This document shows, piece by piece, positions 62,963 to 64,000 of a DNA stretch of 64,000 nucleotides. A model generated the notes under the pieces. The model worked only from the letters and a program-made list of their open reading frames with translations, made no database searches and had not been told where the DNA came from. Each line of letters opens with the position of its first letter. Position 1 is the stretch's first letter. This DNA is from Leucoraja erinacea (Eukaryota). The DNA lies in NCBI RefSeq assembly GCF_028641065.1, contig NC_073377.1, forward strand, positions 161,138,001 through 161,202,000, given 5' to 3'. Made by a program: the position numbers and the translations under genes.

Positions 62963-63178
62963 GGGACGACAGATGGTGCAATGGGCTAAGTGTTCGGCTG
63001 GTGACCTGAAGGTAGCCGGTTCGAATCCCGCTTGGAGTGCATACTGTCGTTGTGTCCTTGGGGCAAGACACTTCACCCACCTTTGCCTGTGTGTAAATGT
63101 AATGTAATTATGTGAAGCACTTTGGGGTCAATGCAAGTTGACTAAAAATGTGCTATATAAATAAGATTATTATATTAC
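62963..63178 (+). mobile_element. tRNA-derived SINE with L2-type tail
   Basis: A-box TGGTGCAATGG (62974-62984), B-box GGTTCGAATCCC (63018-63029), GTGTCCTTGGGGCAAGACAC core and aagcactttg..aaaatgtgctatataaat tail. Confidence 0.85.
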
Positions 63179-63722
63179 TATGTCATTGGCAGTGCCAGCC
63201 TTTATGTACCACTCGATTCATGGGTATCATTTGGAATTTAGGATGTTGCTGTGGCACCTGTCAATTCAACCCCCAACACAAGGAAGAGTCAACAATTAAT
63301 ATTCAGGAAGCTATTGAAGAGTTGCTGAAATTATTAAACTGACAAAATCTCTTGCGATAAACAAAACATTTCATGGAAAAATATCGCAACAGATATTCTG
63401 CAAAAACAAATTGCATAATCCCAACTGCAGAAGATAGAGATGACTTGACAAATGTGGGCTGTGGCCACAGGATTAGGCTTGAACCACACGAGGCTGTGGC
63501 GAGGGGGTGGAGGGGCGAATGCTGGGAGAGCAGGTCCAACTGGCGAAGGAGATGGCTTGGAAATTCTCGCACTTCTCAATCACAAAATGGAAAGGCTTGA
63601 GGAATGCCTGGTTGTGAAGCCTGGGATACGTCTTCCTGGGAAATGTGCCTTTCAAGGGATCGGCTGGTGGTTGACCAGACTATTGCAACCGTTGCAAATA
63701 CTGAGCACAGTGATGGGCTCAG

Positions 63723-64000
63723 AGAATTAGAATTAGAATTAGAATTAGAATTAGATTCCTTTATTGTCATTCAGACCTTTCGGTCTGAACAAAATTATGT
63801 TGCCTGCAGTCATACACAGAACCAATAAAAACAAAACATACAATAAACACAAATTAAACATCCACCACAGTGAGTTCACCAAGCACATCCTCACTGTGAT
63901 GGAGGCAAAGTCTTAGTCTCCGTCTCTTCCCTCCTTGTTCTCCCTCTGCGCTGAGGCGATCGATCCAGGCCGGAGATGCCGCCCTCCAGTCCAGCGGACC
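63723..64000 (-). mobile_element. 3' end of a CpG-rich non-autonomous retroelement (runs off the window)
   Basis: (AGAATT)n tail and TTCAGACC-TTTC-GGTCTGAA hairpin; same end as 7147-7300. Confidence 0.7.

Noticed and set aside
62963-63035. tRNA gene
   Set aside because: A and B boxes are present but continue into a SINE core and LINE-type tail, and I could not fold a complete cloverleaf.

Overview
Eukaryotic vertebrate genomic DNA. The repeat content (abundant CR1/HER1-type LINEs, HE1-type SINEs, Penelope-type termini) points to an elasmobranch, probably a skate or ray. The first ~12 kb holds the last three coding exons and the 3' UTR of the formin FHDC1 (INF1) on the + strand. The long terminal exon has two notable features. 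One is a 10 x 27-nt coding repeat that encodes a tandem array of LC8/DYNLL-type 'DVxVQT' motifs. The other is an apparent +1 frameshift near 8853-8866, which removal of a 154-nt GT-AG intron (8721-8874) would repair exactly. The remaining ~52 kb has no recognisable host gene and is mostly transposon-derived: CR1, Rex1/Babar, L1, an RTE-X-like LINE, a Gypsy remnant with LTR, Helitrons, Harbinger-type MITEs, tRNA SINEs and a CpG-rich non-autonomous retroelement family. It also contains a diverged tandem segmental duplication (A ~40.2-46.9 kb, B ~48.3-60.5 kb). Comparing the two copies reveals a chimeric retrotranscript with an 81-bp target duplication, a possible 3' transduction and a templated junction filler. 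All calls were made by eye. Repeat boundaries are approximate, and family names come from motif recognition, not database searches.
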